A stretch of DNA of 21,723 nt from an uncultured Holophagales bacterium (lineage in GTDB: Bacteria; Acidobacteriota; Thermoanaerobaculia; Multivoradales; UBA5704): the NCBI GenBank assembly GCA_963842525.1, contig CAWJGT010000028.1, positions 1-21,723 on the forward strand, read 5' to 3'. The notes below the pieces were generated by a model that was not told the origin of the DNA, searched no databases, and saw only the letters and a list, made by a program, of their open reading frames with translations. The position numbers were made by a program, and so were the translations under genes. Of the stretch, positions 8,996-19,465 are shown piece by piece (the stretch's first letter is position 1; each line of letters starts with the position of its first letter).

Positions 8996-9452
8996 GCTTC
9001 GGCTCCCGGCCGAGAACGATATCCCCGTGCACGTCCCGGCCCACGGCGACCCCGCCAGCCCCGGCCGCCACCGCCCCGGGACCCTGCGCGACGGCACCGC
9101 TTCCCTGAACCGTGGCAGTGAAGGAGGGTCCGCCCGCGGCTTCGAGGAGCTTGGCGATCTCGGCCGCGAAAGTTTCGTCTTCCTCGAGAATCCTCTTGAG
9201 CTGGCGGCGGAGGGTCTCCACCGCCTCGGAGTCCTCGGGGGCCTTGGCCACTTCCTGGGCTGCCGCCTTAGCGATCGGCCTTTCCTCGACGCGGGGGTAC
9301 AGCCGCTCCCAAAGTCCCTTGACCTTCTCCCAGGCCCCGGTCCCCAGCGCTTTTCCGGCGTCGGCCACGAGATCCTGGCCGCCTTGGACGAGATACGGCA
9401 ACGCAGGCACGAGCATCTGCGTCAGGGCTTCGGCAAGGAGTTGGATGTCCAT
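8988..9452 (-). CDS. Bell-like (HeLo/HELL-analogous) helical effector protein with C-terminal amyloid-like motif
   Basis: 154 aa; hydrophobic N-terminal helix (LLAEALTQMLVPALPYLV), AWEKVKGLWERL...APED...LRRQLKRILEED pattern; G/A/V-rich tail matching the neighbour's N-terminus; GGAGG RBS. Family recognised by eye, no HMM run. Confidence 0.75.
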   Translation of the reverse strand: MDIQLLAEALTQMLVPALPYLVQGGQDLVADAGKALGTGAWEKVKGLWERLYPRVEERPIAKAAAQEVAKAPEDSEAVETLRRQLKRILEEDETFAAEIAKLLEAAGGPSFTATVQGSGAVAQGPGAVAAGAGGVAVGRDVHGDIVLGREPKRE

Positions 9453-9479
9453 GATCGGAGGTCCTCCGGGAATCTTTCA

Positions 9480-9488
9480 ATCTTATCA
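9480..9488 (-). promoter_or_regulatory. Putative extended -10 promoter (TGnTAAGAT) of the Bell-NACHT operon
   Basis: TGATAAGAT on minus, 27 nt upstream of the ATG and ahead of the RBS. Confidence 0.45.
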
Positions 9489-9528
9489 GGGGGGTTTGGC
9501 AGCATCCCTTGCCCCGGATTGGAGCCAT

Positions 9529-9959
9529 CTGGATCGAGCCAGGGCCGTTCTGTATGCCTATCGGGTGACATGTAACGATCCAGGGTCACGCTGGACGCTT
9601 ATCGGGCGACGCTGGATCGATACAGAGCGCTCTGGATGCTTATCGGGGACCCGGTAACGATCCAGCATGACTCTGAACGCGTATCGGCGACGCTGGATCG
9701 GTACAGGGCGCTCTCGATACCTATCACGTCACCCGATAGCGATCCAGGATGACCCCGAAAGCTTACAGGGCGCTCTGGATGCTTATCAGGTGACCGCTGG
9801 CGATCCAGGGTAACTCTGAACGCCTATCGGGCGACGGTGGATCGATACAGGACGCTCTAGATGCCTATCAGGTGACCTGCTATCGATCCATATGACCCTG
9901 AATGCTTAGCGGGCGACGCTGGATCGGTCCAGGTCACTCTGGATGCTTATCAGGTGACC
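9529..9959. repeat. Array 1: 21 degenerate 20-21 bp palindromic subunits arranged as an ~82 bp four-subunit higher-order repeat
   Basis: Subunits A ctggatcgatacagggcgct, B ctggatgcttatcaggtgacc, C nntaacgatccagggtcact, D ctgaacgcttatcgggcgacg; A starts at 9529, 9612, 9693, 9837, 9919. Confidence 0.9.
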
Positions 9960-9972
9960 CGATCACCAATCC

Positions 9973-10111
9973 TCACCCCACCGCCGCGGTGTACCGGTCG
10001 AGGATCTTCGGCCAGCCTTCGGCCGAGGCCATGCCGTCGCGGTAGGCCTCGGCGCCCTCGCCGCACTCGCACCTCGTGACGGATGGTGTTTTCGGTAGGC
10101 TGGCGGGTCAT
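9973..10111 (-). pseudogene. Internally deleted SRPBCC/AHSA1-like gene remnant
   Basis: AGGAGG RBS + ATG MTRQPTENTIRHEVRV joined out of frame to GEGAEAYRDGMASAEGWPKILDRYTAAVG*; both pieces resemble the termini of SRPBCC-family proteins. Confidence 0.6.
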
Positions 10112-10123
10112 CCAATGCCTCCT

Positions 10124-10396
10124 GCCCTGCGGCGTGCGCCGGCGGACCTGCGACGTGCGCCAACGGACCTGCAGGTCGGCACACAGGACCCGCAGGTCAA
10201 CCCAGCCACCCTGAAGGTCAGCGCACAGGACCCGAGGGTCAACCCGTCCGCCCTGAAGGTCGGCGCACAGGACCTGCAGGTCAACCTGCTTGACCTGCGG
10301 GTCAACGCACTGGACCCGCGGGTCAACGTGCCTGACCCGCAGGGCAAGTCGGTGGCCCCGCAGGTCCGCTGGCGCACGCCGCAGGTCCGTCGCCGC
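10124..10396. repeat. Array 2: 13 x 21 bp units with palindromic core GACCTGCAGGTC and 26 bp subterminal inverted repeats
   Basis: Exact 21 bp register; 10127-10152 matches the reverse complement of 10359-10384 at 25/26 positions. Confidence 0.88.
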
Positions 10397-10439
10397 ACTG
10401 TGCACCGGCGGCCTCGACCGTCCTCCCGTACCAGGGCGC

Positions 10440-10460
10440 CGGAGGAAGGCCGTTCCTCCG
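10440..10460 (-). terminator. Hairpin downstream of larB
   Basis: CGGAGGAA-N5-TTCCTCCG 8 bp stem just past the larB stop; no U-tract. Confidence 0.3.
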
Positions 10461-10478
10461 CGCTGCGGCGCCTGCCGG

Positions 10479-11306
10479 CTATTTTGTCACGAGCCCTTCG
10501 CGCGATGCCGGTGTGACGGACGCCGGGCGCTCGGCGCCAGCCGTTCGTGCAATGCGGCTGGCGAGGACGGCAGCCCCATAGCCGTTGTCGATGTTGACGA
10601 CGCCGATGCCCGGAGCGCAGGCGTTCAGCATGGTGAGGAGAGGCGCAATGCCGCCCAGGCCGACACCGTAGCCGACGCTGGTGGGGACGGCGACGACCGG
10701 GGCCGGGACGAGGCTGGCGACGACGGTGGGGAGGGCGCCGTCCATGCCCGCCACGGCGATGACGACGTCGGCGCGGCGGATGTCCGGCAGGTTGCCCAGC
10801 AGGCGGTGGAGGCCGGCGACTCCGACGTCGTAATGGCGGGTCACCTCGTGCCCGAACCAGGCGGCGCAGACGGCCGCCTCTTCGGCCACGGGCAGGTCGG
10901 AGGTGCCGGCCGCGAGGACGCTGATGGCGCCGGGCAGAGGCGGGTGCGGCTCGCCGCAGGTCAGCAGGCGGGCGCGCTCGTGGTAGACCGCCTCGGGATG
11001 ATCGGGATCGGGATGATTGGGACGGGCGCGCCGGATCTCTTCCGCCAGTTCGGGCCGCAGGCGGGTGACCAGCACCCGGCCGTGGGCGCGCATCATCCGG
11101 TCGACGATCGCCTGGAGGTCCGCCAGGGTCTTGCCTTCTCCATAAACGGCTTCGGGCAGGCCGTTGCGCAGCTCGCGGTGGAGGTCCAGCTTGGCGAACC
11201 CGAGGTCCGCATAGGGGAGGTCGGCGAGGTCCTGCAGAGCCTGTTCGGGCGCGAGGTCGCCGGCCGCGACTGCCTGGAGAAGCTCGAGGAGCTGTTGCGG
11301 TCTCAC
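10479..11306 (-). CDS. larB: Nickel-pincer cofactor biosynthesis protein LarB (PurE-like)
   Basis: DLGFAKLDLHRELRNGLPEAVYGEGKT, AGTSDLPVAEEA, DVGVAGLHRL, AGMDGALP, PTSVGYG, VVNIDNGYGA. Confidence 0.93.
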   Translation of the reverse strand: MRPQQLLELLQAVAAGDLAPEQALQDLADLPYADLGFAKLDLHRELRNGLPEAVYGEGKTLADLQAIVDRMMRAHGRVLVTRLRPELAEEIRRARPNHPDPDHPEAVYHERARLLTCGEPHPPLPGAISVLAAGTSDLPVAEEAAVCAAWFGHEVTRHYDVGVAGLHRLLGNLPDIRRADVVIAVAGMDGALPTVVASLVPAPVVAVPTSVGYGVGLGGIAPLLTMLNACAPGIGVVNIDNGYGAAVLASRIARTAGAERPASVTPASREGLVTK

Positions 11307-12121
11307 GGCAGTGGGCCGGAGCCCAGGTCTGCGCCGCCCCGGCGATAGCCTCTCGGATCGTAGGACAGGCGGACGAAGCCGAGGTTGCGGAGGCGGGGCT
11401 CGATCTCGGGCCAGAGGGTTTCGAGGCGGGCGACCTCGTCGGGTCCGACCTCGACGCGAGCGGCGCCCTCTTCGTGCCTTACCCGGACGATGCGGAAGCC
11501 ATGGGAGGCGAGCACCTCCTCGGCCGTCTCGATGCGGCGGAGCTTGCCGAGAGTGACGACCTGGCCGTGGGGGATGCGCGAGGAGAGGCAGGCATTGGCC
11601 GGGCGGTCCCAGACCGAGAGGCCCAGGTCGCGCGCGATCTGCCTTGTGCCCGCCTTGTCGATCCCGTTCGCGAGGAGCGGTGAGTAGATGCCGCGCTCGC
11701 GGATCGCCCGCAGGCCCGGCCGGTCCGGCCCGGGATCGGAGGCGTTGGTGCCGTCGCAGACCACGGCAAAGCCGCGCTCGGCCGCCAGCCGGAGCATGGA
11801 ATCCATCCGCAGGCCCTGGCAGACGTAGCAGCGGTGGCTCGGATTGGCTACGAACTCGGGATCGTCCAGCTCGCTGTAGGTGACCACCTCGTGCCGGATG
11901 CCGATCTCGGCCGCCAACCGCCGCGCCTGGTCCAACTCCGCCCCGGCCAGCGTCTCCGCCGCCGCGGTCACCGCCAGAGCCCGTTCCCCGAGCGCCCGGT
12001 GAGCCAGAGCCGCCACGACGCCCGAATCCACCCCACCGGAATAGGCGACCAGCACCGACCCGCGGCCGGCGAGGTCGGCGATCAAAGTATCAATCTGGGA
12101 AGCGAGGACGACCGTGGTCAT
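11303..12121 (-). CDS. larE: ATP-dependent sulfur transferase LarE (PP-loop)
   Basis: AYSGGVDS PP-loop, RCYVC, DGTNASD, RPGLRA, ACLSSRIPHG, RVRH; 4 bp overlap with larB; alternative start at 12142. Confidence 0.92.
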   Translation of the reverse strand: MTTVVLASQIDTLIADLAGRGSVLVAYSGGVDSGVVAALAHRALGERALAVTAAAETLAGAELDQARRLAAEIGIRHEVVTYSELDDPEFVANPSHRCYVCQGLRMDSMLRLAAERGFAVVCDGTNASDPGPDRPGLRAIRERGIYSPLLANGIDKAGTRQIARDLGLSVWDRPANACLSSRIPHGQVVTLGKLRRIETAEEVLASHGFRIVRVRHEEGAARVEVGPDEVARLETLWPEIEPRLRNLGFVRLSYDPRGYRRGGADLGSGPLP

Positions 12122-12160
12122 AGCAACGGCGGATGGTAGCACGCAGGGTGCCAGGCCTCC

Positions 12161-12541
12161 CTACCGCCCCCGCCCGACCGGGACACGGAAGATCACCGGG
12201 ACGAAGAAGAAGATGATGTAGACGCCGAGGCCGTAGAGGGGGACCAGGGGCGCCGCCTGCTTCCAGGTCAGCGGCGCCATGTCGCGGAGCAGAAAGAGGA
12301 TGCCCGCCGGACCGGCGATGTAGAGGATGGCGAAGCGGCGGCGGAGGGCGCGATCGAAGTTGCGGGTGCGCTGGACGAAGATCAGGCCGAAGAGCCAGCC
12401 CAACGACATCGCCGCCGTGTAGTAGGGATAGAGGGCCAGCGGCAGCGTCCCGTCGATCCGCACCAGCCCGAAAGTCACCACAAGCTCGATGGCCCAGCAC
12501 GCCAGGAACAGCGCGAGCAGGATGACCTCGTACCGCTTCAC
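12161..12541 (-). CDS. Hypothetical membrane protein (about 4 TM segments)
   Basis: 126 aa, hydrophobic segments, high GC3, starts 9 nt after the gcvP stop. Confidence 0.75.
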   Translation of the reverse strand: MKRYEVILLALFLACWAIELVVTFGLVRIDGTLPLALYPYYTAAMSLGWLFGLIFVQRTRNFDRALRRRFAILYIAGPAGILFLLRDMAPLTWKQAAPLVPLYGLGVYIIFFFVPVIFRVPVGRGR

Positions 12542-12550
12542 GAGGAGGCT

Positions 12551-15539
<2,989 letters not shown>

Positions 15540-15553
<14 letters not shown>

Positions 15554-15926
15554 TTTTCACGAACTCCTCGTACTGCTGGGCTTTCATGAGCTGCTTGAGG
15601 TCGTCCGCCGAGGAGAACCGGATCTTGAGGAGCCAGCCCTCGCTGTGCGGGTCTTCGTTGAGCAGCTCGGGGTCGTCGACCACGGCGTCGTTGATCTCGA
15701 TGATCTCGCCGGCCACCGGGGTGTAGACCTCGGCGACGGCTTTGACCGATTCGATCGTGCCGATCTCGTCATTGGCGTCGAAGACCTGGCCGACTTCCGG
15801 CAGCTCGACGAACACCACCTCGCCCAGCTCCTGCTGCGCGAAATCGGTGATGCCCAGGATGCAGATGTCGTCTTCGACGCGGATCCACTCGTGTTCCCTC
15901 GAATAGAGATAATCCGTCGGATACAT
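15540..15926 (-). CDS. gcvH: Glycine cleavage system H protein
   Basis: [23 protein letters not shown], lipoyl-Lys motif IESVKA, GWL. Confidence 0.97.
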
Positions 15927-16016
15927 CCTCGATCGCTCCTCCCTGAAAATCCGCCCGTGCCGGAGTCAACGCACGAGACGGAACGAAGCGGTGTTCGCTG
16001 CGGCGGGACTCGTTTA

Positions 16017-16044
16017 GTTATACCATCAAAGATCGGTTTGGCAA
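16017..16044 (-). promoter_or_regulatory. Internal sigma70-type promoter upstream of gcvH
   Basis: TTGCCA-16 bp-TATAAC with TGn extension, in an AT-rich patch of the 144 bp gcvT-gcvH gap. Confidence 0.65.
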
Positions 16045-16070
16045 TTGATCCGGCATCTGGCCGCCCCTTT

Positions 16071-17183
16071 TTATTTCGGCCGGCGATAGAACGGCAGGGC
16101 GACCACCTCGGCCGCGAGCCGCTTGCCGCGCACGTCGAGGCTCAGCGGGGTGCCGGGAGCGGACAGGTCCGCCGGAACGTAGGCCATGCCGAGCGCCTTT
16201 TCGAAGGTCGGGCTCCAGGTCCCACTGGTGACCGCACCCACCTTGCCTCCGTCCTCCTGCGACACAACCGCGTGCCCCTGGCGCGCGATTCCCCGCTCTC
16301 TCACCTCGAAGCCGACCAGCTTGCGGTCGAGCCCCTTCTCTTTCTGCGCTGCCAGGACGTCGCGGCCCAGGAAATCCCCCTTGTCGAGCTTGACCACCCA
16401 GCCCAGGCCCGCCTCCAACGGAGTGGTGGTGTCGTCGATCTCGTGGCCGTAGAGGGCCATGGCGGCGTCGAGCCGCAGCGTGTCGCGCGCCCCGAGGCCG
16501 GCCGGCTTCAATCCGGCGGGAGCCCCGTCTTCGAGCAGGCGGCGCCAGATCTCGGCCGCGTCGCCGGAGTCCACGTAGAGCTCGAAGCCGTCCTCCCCGG
16601 TGTAGCCGGTGCGCGAGATCAGGGCCGGCCGGCCGGCCACCTCCCCCTGCAGGAAGCCGTAGTAGCGCAGCTCGATCGCGCCGGGGCTGGCAAGCGGCGC
16701 CAGGATCTCCACCGCCTTCGGCCCCTGGAGAGCGATCAGGGCATAGCGGTCGCTCTCGTCCGTCACCTCGGCCCCTGATGAGCCGGCCCGCGAGGCGATC
16801 CAGTCGAAGTCCTTGGCCGCGTTCGAGGCGTTGACCACGACGAGGAAGTCGTCGGCGGCCAGCCGGTAGATCAGCAGGTCGTCGACATAGGTGCCCCGCT
16901 CGGTCAGGAAGCCGCTGTAGTGGGCGCGCCCCGGGGCGAGCTTGGCGACGTCGTTCGGGGTGAGCCGCTGGAGCAGAGCCTCGGCGCCCGTGCCGCGGAC
17001 CCGGATCTCGCCCATGTGCGACACGTCGAAGAGCCCGGCGGCCGTGCGCACGGCGCGGTGCTCTTCGATGACACCCTCGTACTGCACCGGCATCTCCCAG
17101 CCGGCGAATTCGACCAGACGCGCGCCCGCCTCGACATGGCAGGCGTGAAGCGGCGTATGCTTGAGATCCTCCCGTGGGGCCAT
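16071..17183 (-). CDS. gcvT: Glycine cleavage system aminomethyltransferase T
   Basis: [48 protein letters not shown]. Confidence 0.97.
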   Translation of the reverse strand: MAPREDLKHTPLHACHVEAGARLVEFAGWEMPVQYEGVIEEHRAVRTAAGLFDVSHMGEIRVRGTGAEALLQRLTPNDVAKLAPGRAHYSGFLTERGTYVDDLLIYRLAADDFLVVVNASNAAKDFDWIASRAGSSGAEVTDESDRYALIALQGPKAVEILAPLASPGAIELRYYGFLQGEVAGRPALISRTGYTGEDGFELYVDSGDAAEIWRRLLEDGAPAGLKPAGLGARDTLRLDAAMALYGHEIDDTTTPLEAGLGWVVKLDKGDFLGRDVLAAQKEKGLDRKLVGFEVRERGIARQGHAVVSQEDGGKVGAVTSGTWSPTFEKALGMAYVPADLSAPGTPLSLDVRGKRLAAEVVALPFYRRPK

Positions 17184-17337
17184 GGCTCGGATCGATCCTC
17201 CGAAACAGCGCGCGGGACCGGGCGCGCGGATGGGTGCAAACGGTATCACAGGCCAGGCGTAGGAAATTCGCAGCCCGTGGGTTCCAGGGGGAAAGAAGCA
17301 CTTGGCTCCACGCCAACCGACCGAAAGGAGTCTGCCG

Positions 17338-17787
17338 ATGATGAAGACGAAGACCCTGCTGTTGACGGCCCTCGCGACGTTCCTCCTCGCTCTGCCCGCG
17401 ATGGCCCAGATCGAGGCCAACGCCAAGCGGCCGAACCCGGGCGAGATCCTGCGCAACCCCCGGGCGCTCGCCCGCTACCTGAAGCTGACGCCCGCGCAGC
17501 AGGCGACTCTCAAGACGCTGTCCCAGGAGCTCCAGGCCACGACCAAGCCGATCCACGAGGCGCAGAAGGCGCTGCGCGAGCAGCTCGACGACCAGCTCGC
17601 GGCCGCCAGCCCGAGCGCCTGCGCGATCGGCGACACGGTGCTCGACATCCAGGAGAACCACAAGAAGCTGGAGGCCGCCCGCGCGGAGTTCAACACGAAG
17701 TTCACCGCGATCCTCACCCCCGAGCAGAAACGGAAGTACGAGGCCCTCAAGGAGGCTGCGCGGCTCCTCGGCGGCGAGGACGCGTAG
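17338..17787 (+). CDS. Spy/CpxP-family periplasmic helical protein
   Basis: AAGGAG RBS, signal peptide ending AMA-Q, two LTxxQ motifs (LTPAQ, LTPEQ). Confidence 0.82.
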   Translation: MMKTKTLLLTALATFLLALPAMAQIEANAKRPNPGEILRNPRALARYLKLTPAQQATLKTLSQELQATTKPIHEAQKALREQLDDQLAAASPSACAIGDTVLDIQENHKKLEAARAEFNTKFTAILTPEQKRKYEALKEAARLLGGEDA

Positions 17788-17815
17788 GGCCGTCCTCTCC
17801 TCCCCGGCTCCGTTC

Positions 17816-17847
17816 CCCTCTCCCCCGGTCCAGCTTGGGGGAGAGGG
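17816..17847. repeat. REP-like palindrome CCCTCTCCCCC-N10-GGGGGAGAGGG
   Basis: Perfect 11 bp stem, intergenic; same core as 4971-5010. Confidence 0.65.
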
Positions 17848-17907
17848 TCCGCGCTTTGTCACAGGACTGCTTTTGCAAAGATCGGCGGAACGCGTTATGT
17901 GTACCGC

Positions 17908-18411
17908 ATGAAACTGCTCTTGATTCGCCATGCCATTGCCGAGGAGCGCGAGGATTTCGCCCGCACGGGAAAGGACGACCGTCTCCGGCCGTTGACCGAC
18001 GAGGGCCGGAAGAAGATGAAGCGGGCGGCCAAGGGGCTCCGCAAGGTCGCCCCCGACATCGACCTGCTGGCGACCAGCCCGCTGACGCGCGCCGCCCAGA
18101 CCGGTGCCATCCTCGACTCGGCCTACGACGGCCTCAAGGAGGTCGAGATCGAGCAGCTCTCCCCCGATTCCACGCCCGAGGACTTCCTCCGCTGGCTCCG
18201 CAAGCGCAAGGAGAAGTGCGTAGCCGCGGTCGGGCACGAGCCCAGCATCAGCCTGATCCTCTCCTGGCTCCTGACCGGCACCGAGCGCCGGATCTTCGCC
18301 TTCCGCAAAGGCGGGGCCTGCCTGCTCGAATTCAATGACGAGCCCGCCGCCGGGACCGCGACGCTGCTCTGGGCGCTGACCCCGGCCCAGCTCCGGGAGC
18401 TGGCGGACTGA
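17908..18411 (+). CDS. sixA: Phosphohistidine phosphatase SixA-like
   Basis: LLIRHA, RPLTDEG, SPLTRAAQT, VGHEP, KGG. Confidence 0.85.
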   Translation: MKLLLIRHAIAEEREDFARTGKDDRLRPLTDEGRKKMKRAAKGLRKVAPDIDLLATSPLTRAAQTGAILDSAYDGLKEVEIEQLSPDSTPEDFLRWLRKRKEKCVAAVGHEPSISLILSWLLTGTERRIFAFRKGGACLLEFNDEPAAGTATLLWALTPAQLRELAD

Positions 18412-18415
18412 CGCC

Positions 18416-19465
18416 ATGGATGCGACCGGGCTCCTCCCCCGGCCTCCTGAAGAGGGTGCTCGGCTCCTGGCGCTCTCGTTCCTCGACCAGGCGGCGGCGG
18501 CCTTCCCGCGCCTGGAAGACTCCGCCGACGCCGAGGCGCTGCACGACTTCCGGGTTGCCCTGCGCCGGCTGCGGAGCTGCCTGCGGGCCTACCGTTCGCT
18601 GCTCGACAAGAGCGTTCCCAAGAAGCTGGCACGGCGCCTGCGCAAGCTGGCCCAGGCCACCGGCCCCGGCCGGGATACGGAGGTCCAGATCGAATGGCTG
18701 CGCCCGCGCGGCAAGCACCTGGCGTCGCACCACCGGGCCGGCCTGGCCTGGCTGATCGGCCGGCTGGACGAGCGGATGCGCGAGGCCTATGCCGAGCTCA
18801 ACGAACGCGTGGCGGACAAGTTCCCCGACCTCGAAGGCGAGCTCCGGCACCGGCTCTCGGTCTATCGCGCCGAGGTCCACCTCGCCTCCGGAGCCCGCCG
18901 GCCGACGCTCGCCGACGCCACGGCCGAGATCCTGCGCCGGCAGGCCGCCGAGCTCGAAGCGCACCTCGCCCGCATCGAGGACGCCGACGACGAGCAGGAG
19001 GCCCACCAGGCGCGGATCGCCGCCAAGCGCGTCCGCTACCTGCTGGAGCCATTCGTGGACGAAGTCCCCGCCGCCGGTCCCCTGGTCAAGCGGCTCAAGA
19101 CGCTCCAGGACCTGCTCGGCGAATTGCACGACGCGCACGTCCTGGAGACCGAGCTGCGCGAGGCCACCGAGCTCGCCGCCGCCGAGCGCATCCGCCGGCT
19201 CTACGACCTCTCGCTCCAGGAGGTGCCCGACGAGAAGCTCCTCCGCGCCGAGCGCCGCCGCGGACGCGAATCAGGGCTGATCGCCCTCGCCCGGCTCAAC
19301 CGCAACCGGCGGGACCGGCTCTTCGACAAGCTGGAGGCCGAATGGCTCGAAGGGGCCGGCGGGGATTTCTTCCGCGACGTCGATCAGCTCGGCGAGGTGA
19401 TGGATCAGTACGCCCCACCCAGCGTCTGGCCGCCGTCCACCACCAGCACCGCTCCGGTCGTGTAG
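18416..19465 (+). CDS. CHAD-domain (polyphosphate-binding) protein
   Basis: [45 protein letters not shown]. Confidence 0.9.
   Translation: MDATGLLPRPPEEGARLLALSFLDQAAAAFPRLEDSADAEALHDFRVALRRLRSCLRAYRSLLDKSVPKKLARRLRKLAQATGPGRDTEVQIEWLRPRGKHLASHHRAGLAWLIGRLDERMREAYAELNERVADKFPDLEGELRHRLSVYRAEVHLASGARRPTLADATAEILRRQAAELEAHLARIEDADDEQEAHQARIAAKRVRYLLEPFVDEVPAAGPLVKRLKTLQDLLGELHDAHVLETELREATELAAAERIRRLYDLSLQEVPDEKLLRAERRRGRESGLIALARLNRNRRDRLFDKLEAEWLEGAGGDFFRDVDQLGEVMDQYAPPSVWPPSTTSTAPVV

Noticed and set aside
8996-9097. Longer 964-aa start for the NACHT protein at 9097
   Set aside because: It would overlap the Bell-like gene by 110 bp; the GTG at 8995 has an RBS and a coupled overlap.
9532-9964. 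Replication origin suggested by GATC density
   Set aside because: No DnaA boxes, AT-rich unwinding element or rep/dnaA gene was seen.
9529-10396. CRISPR array interpretation of the two repeat arrays
   Set aside because: Units are degenerate and contiguous, with no unique 25-45 bp spacers and no cas genes in the window.
9453-10478. DGR template repeat for the CLec gene in the upstream non-coding region
   Set aside because: There is no similarity to 6203-6345, no AAC-rich tract and no reverse transcriptase.
9950-10516. Heptad-repeat ORFs 10076..10516(+), 9950..10405(-), 10108..10398(-)
   Set aside because: Several frames on both strands stay open because of the GC-rich 21 bp palindromic period; conservation is at the DNA-symmetry level. 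Not fully excluded.
17184-17337. Glycine riboswitch upstream of gcvT
   Set aside because: The conserved GGAGA...CCGAAG...CTCTCAGG elements are not seen, and the space is shared with a divergent gene.
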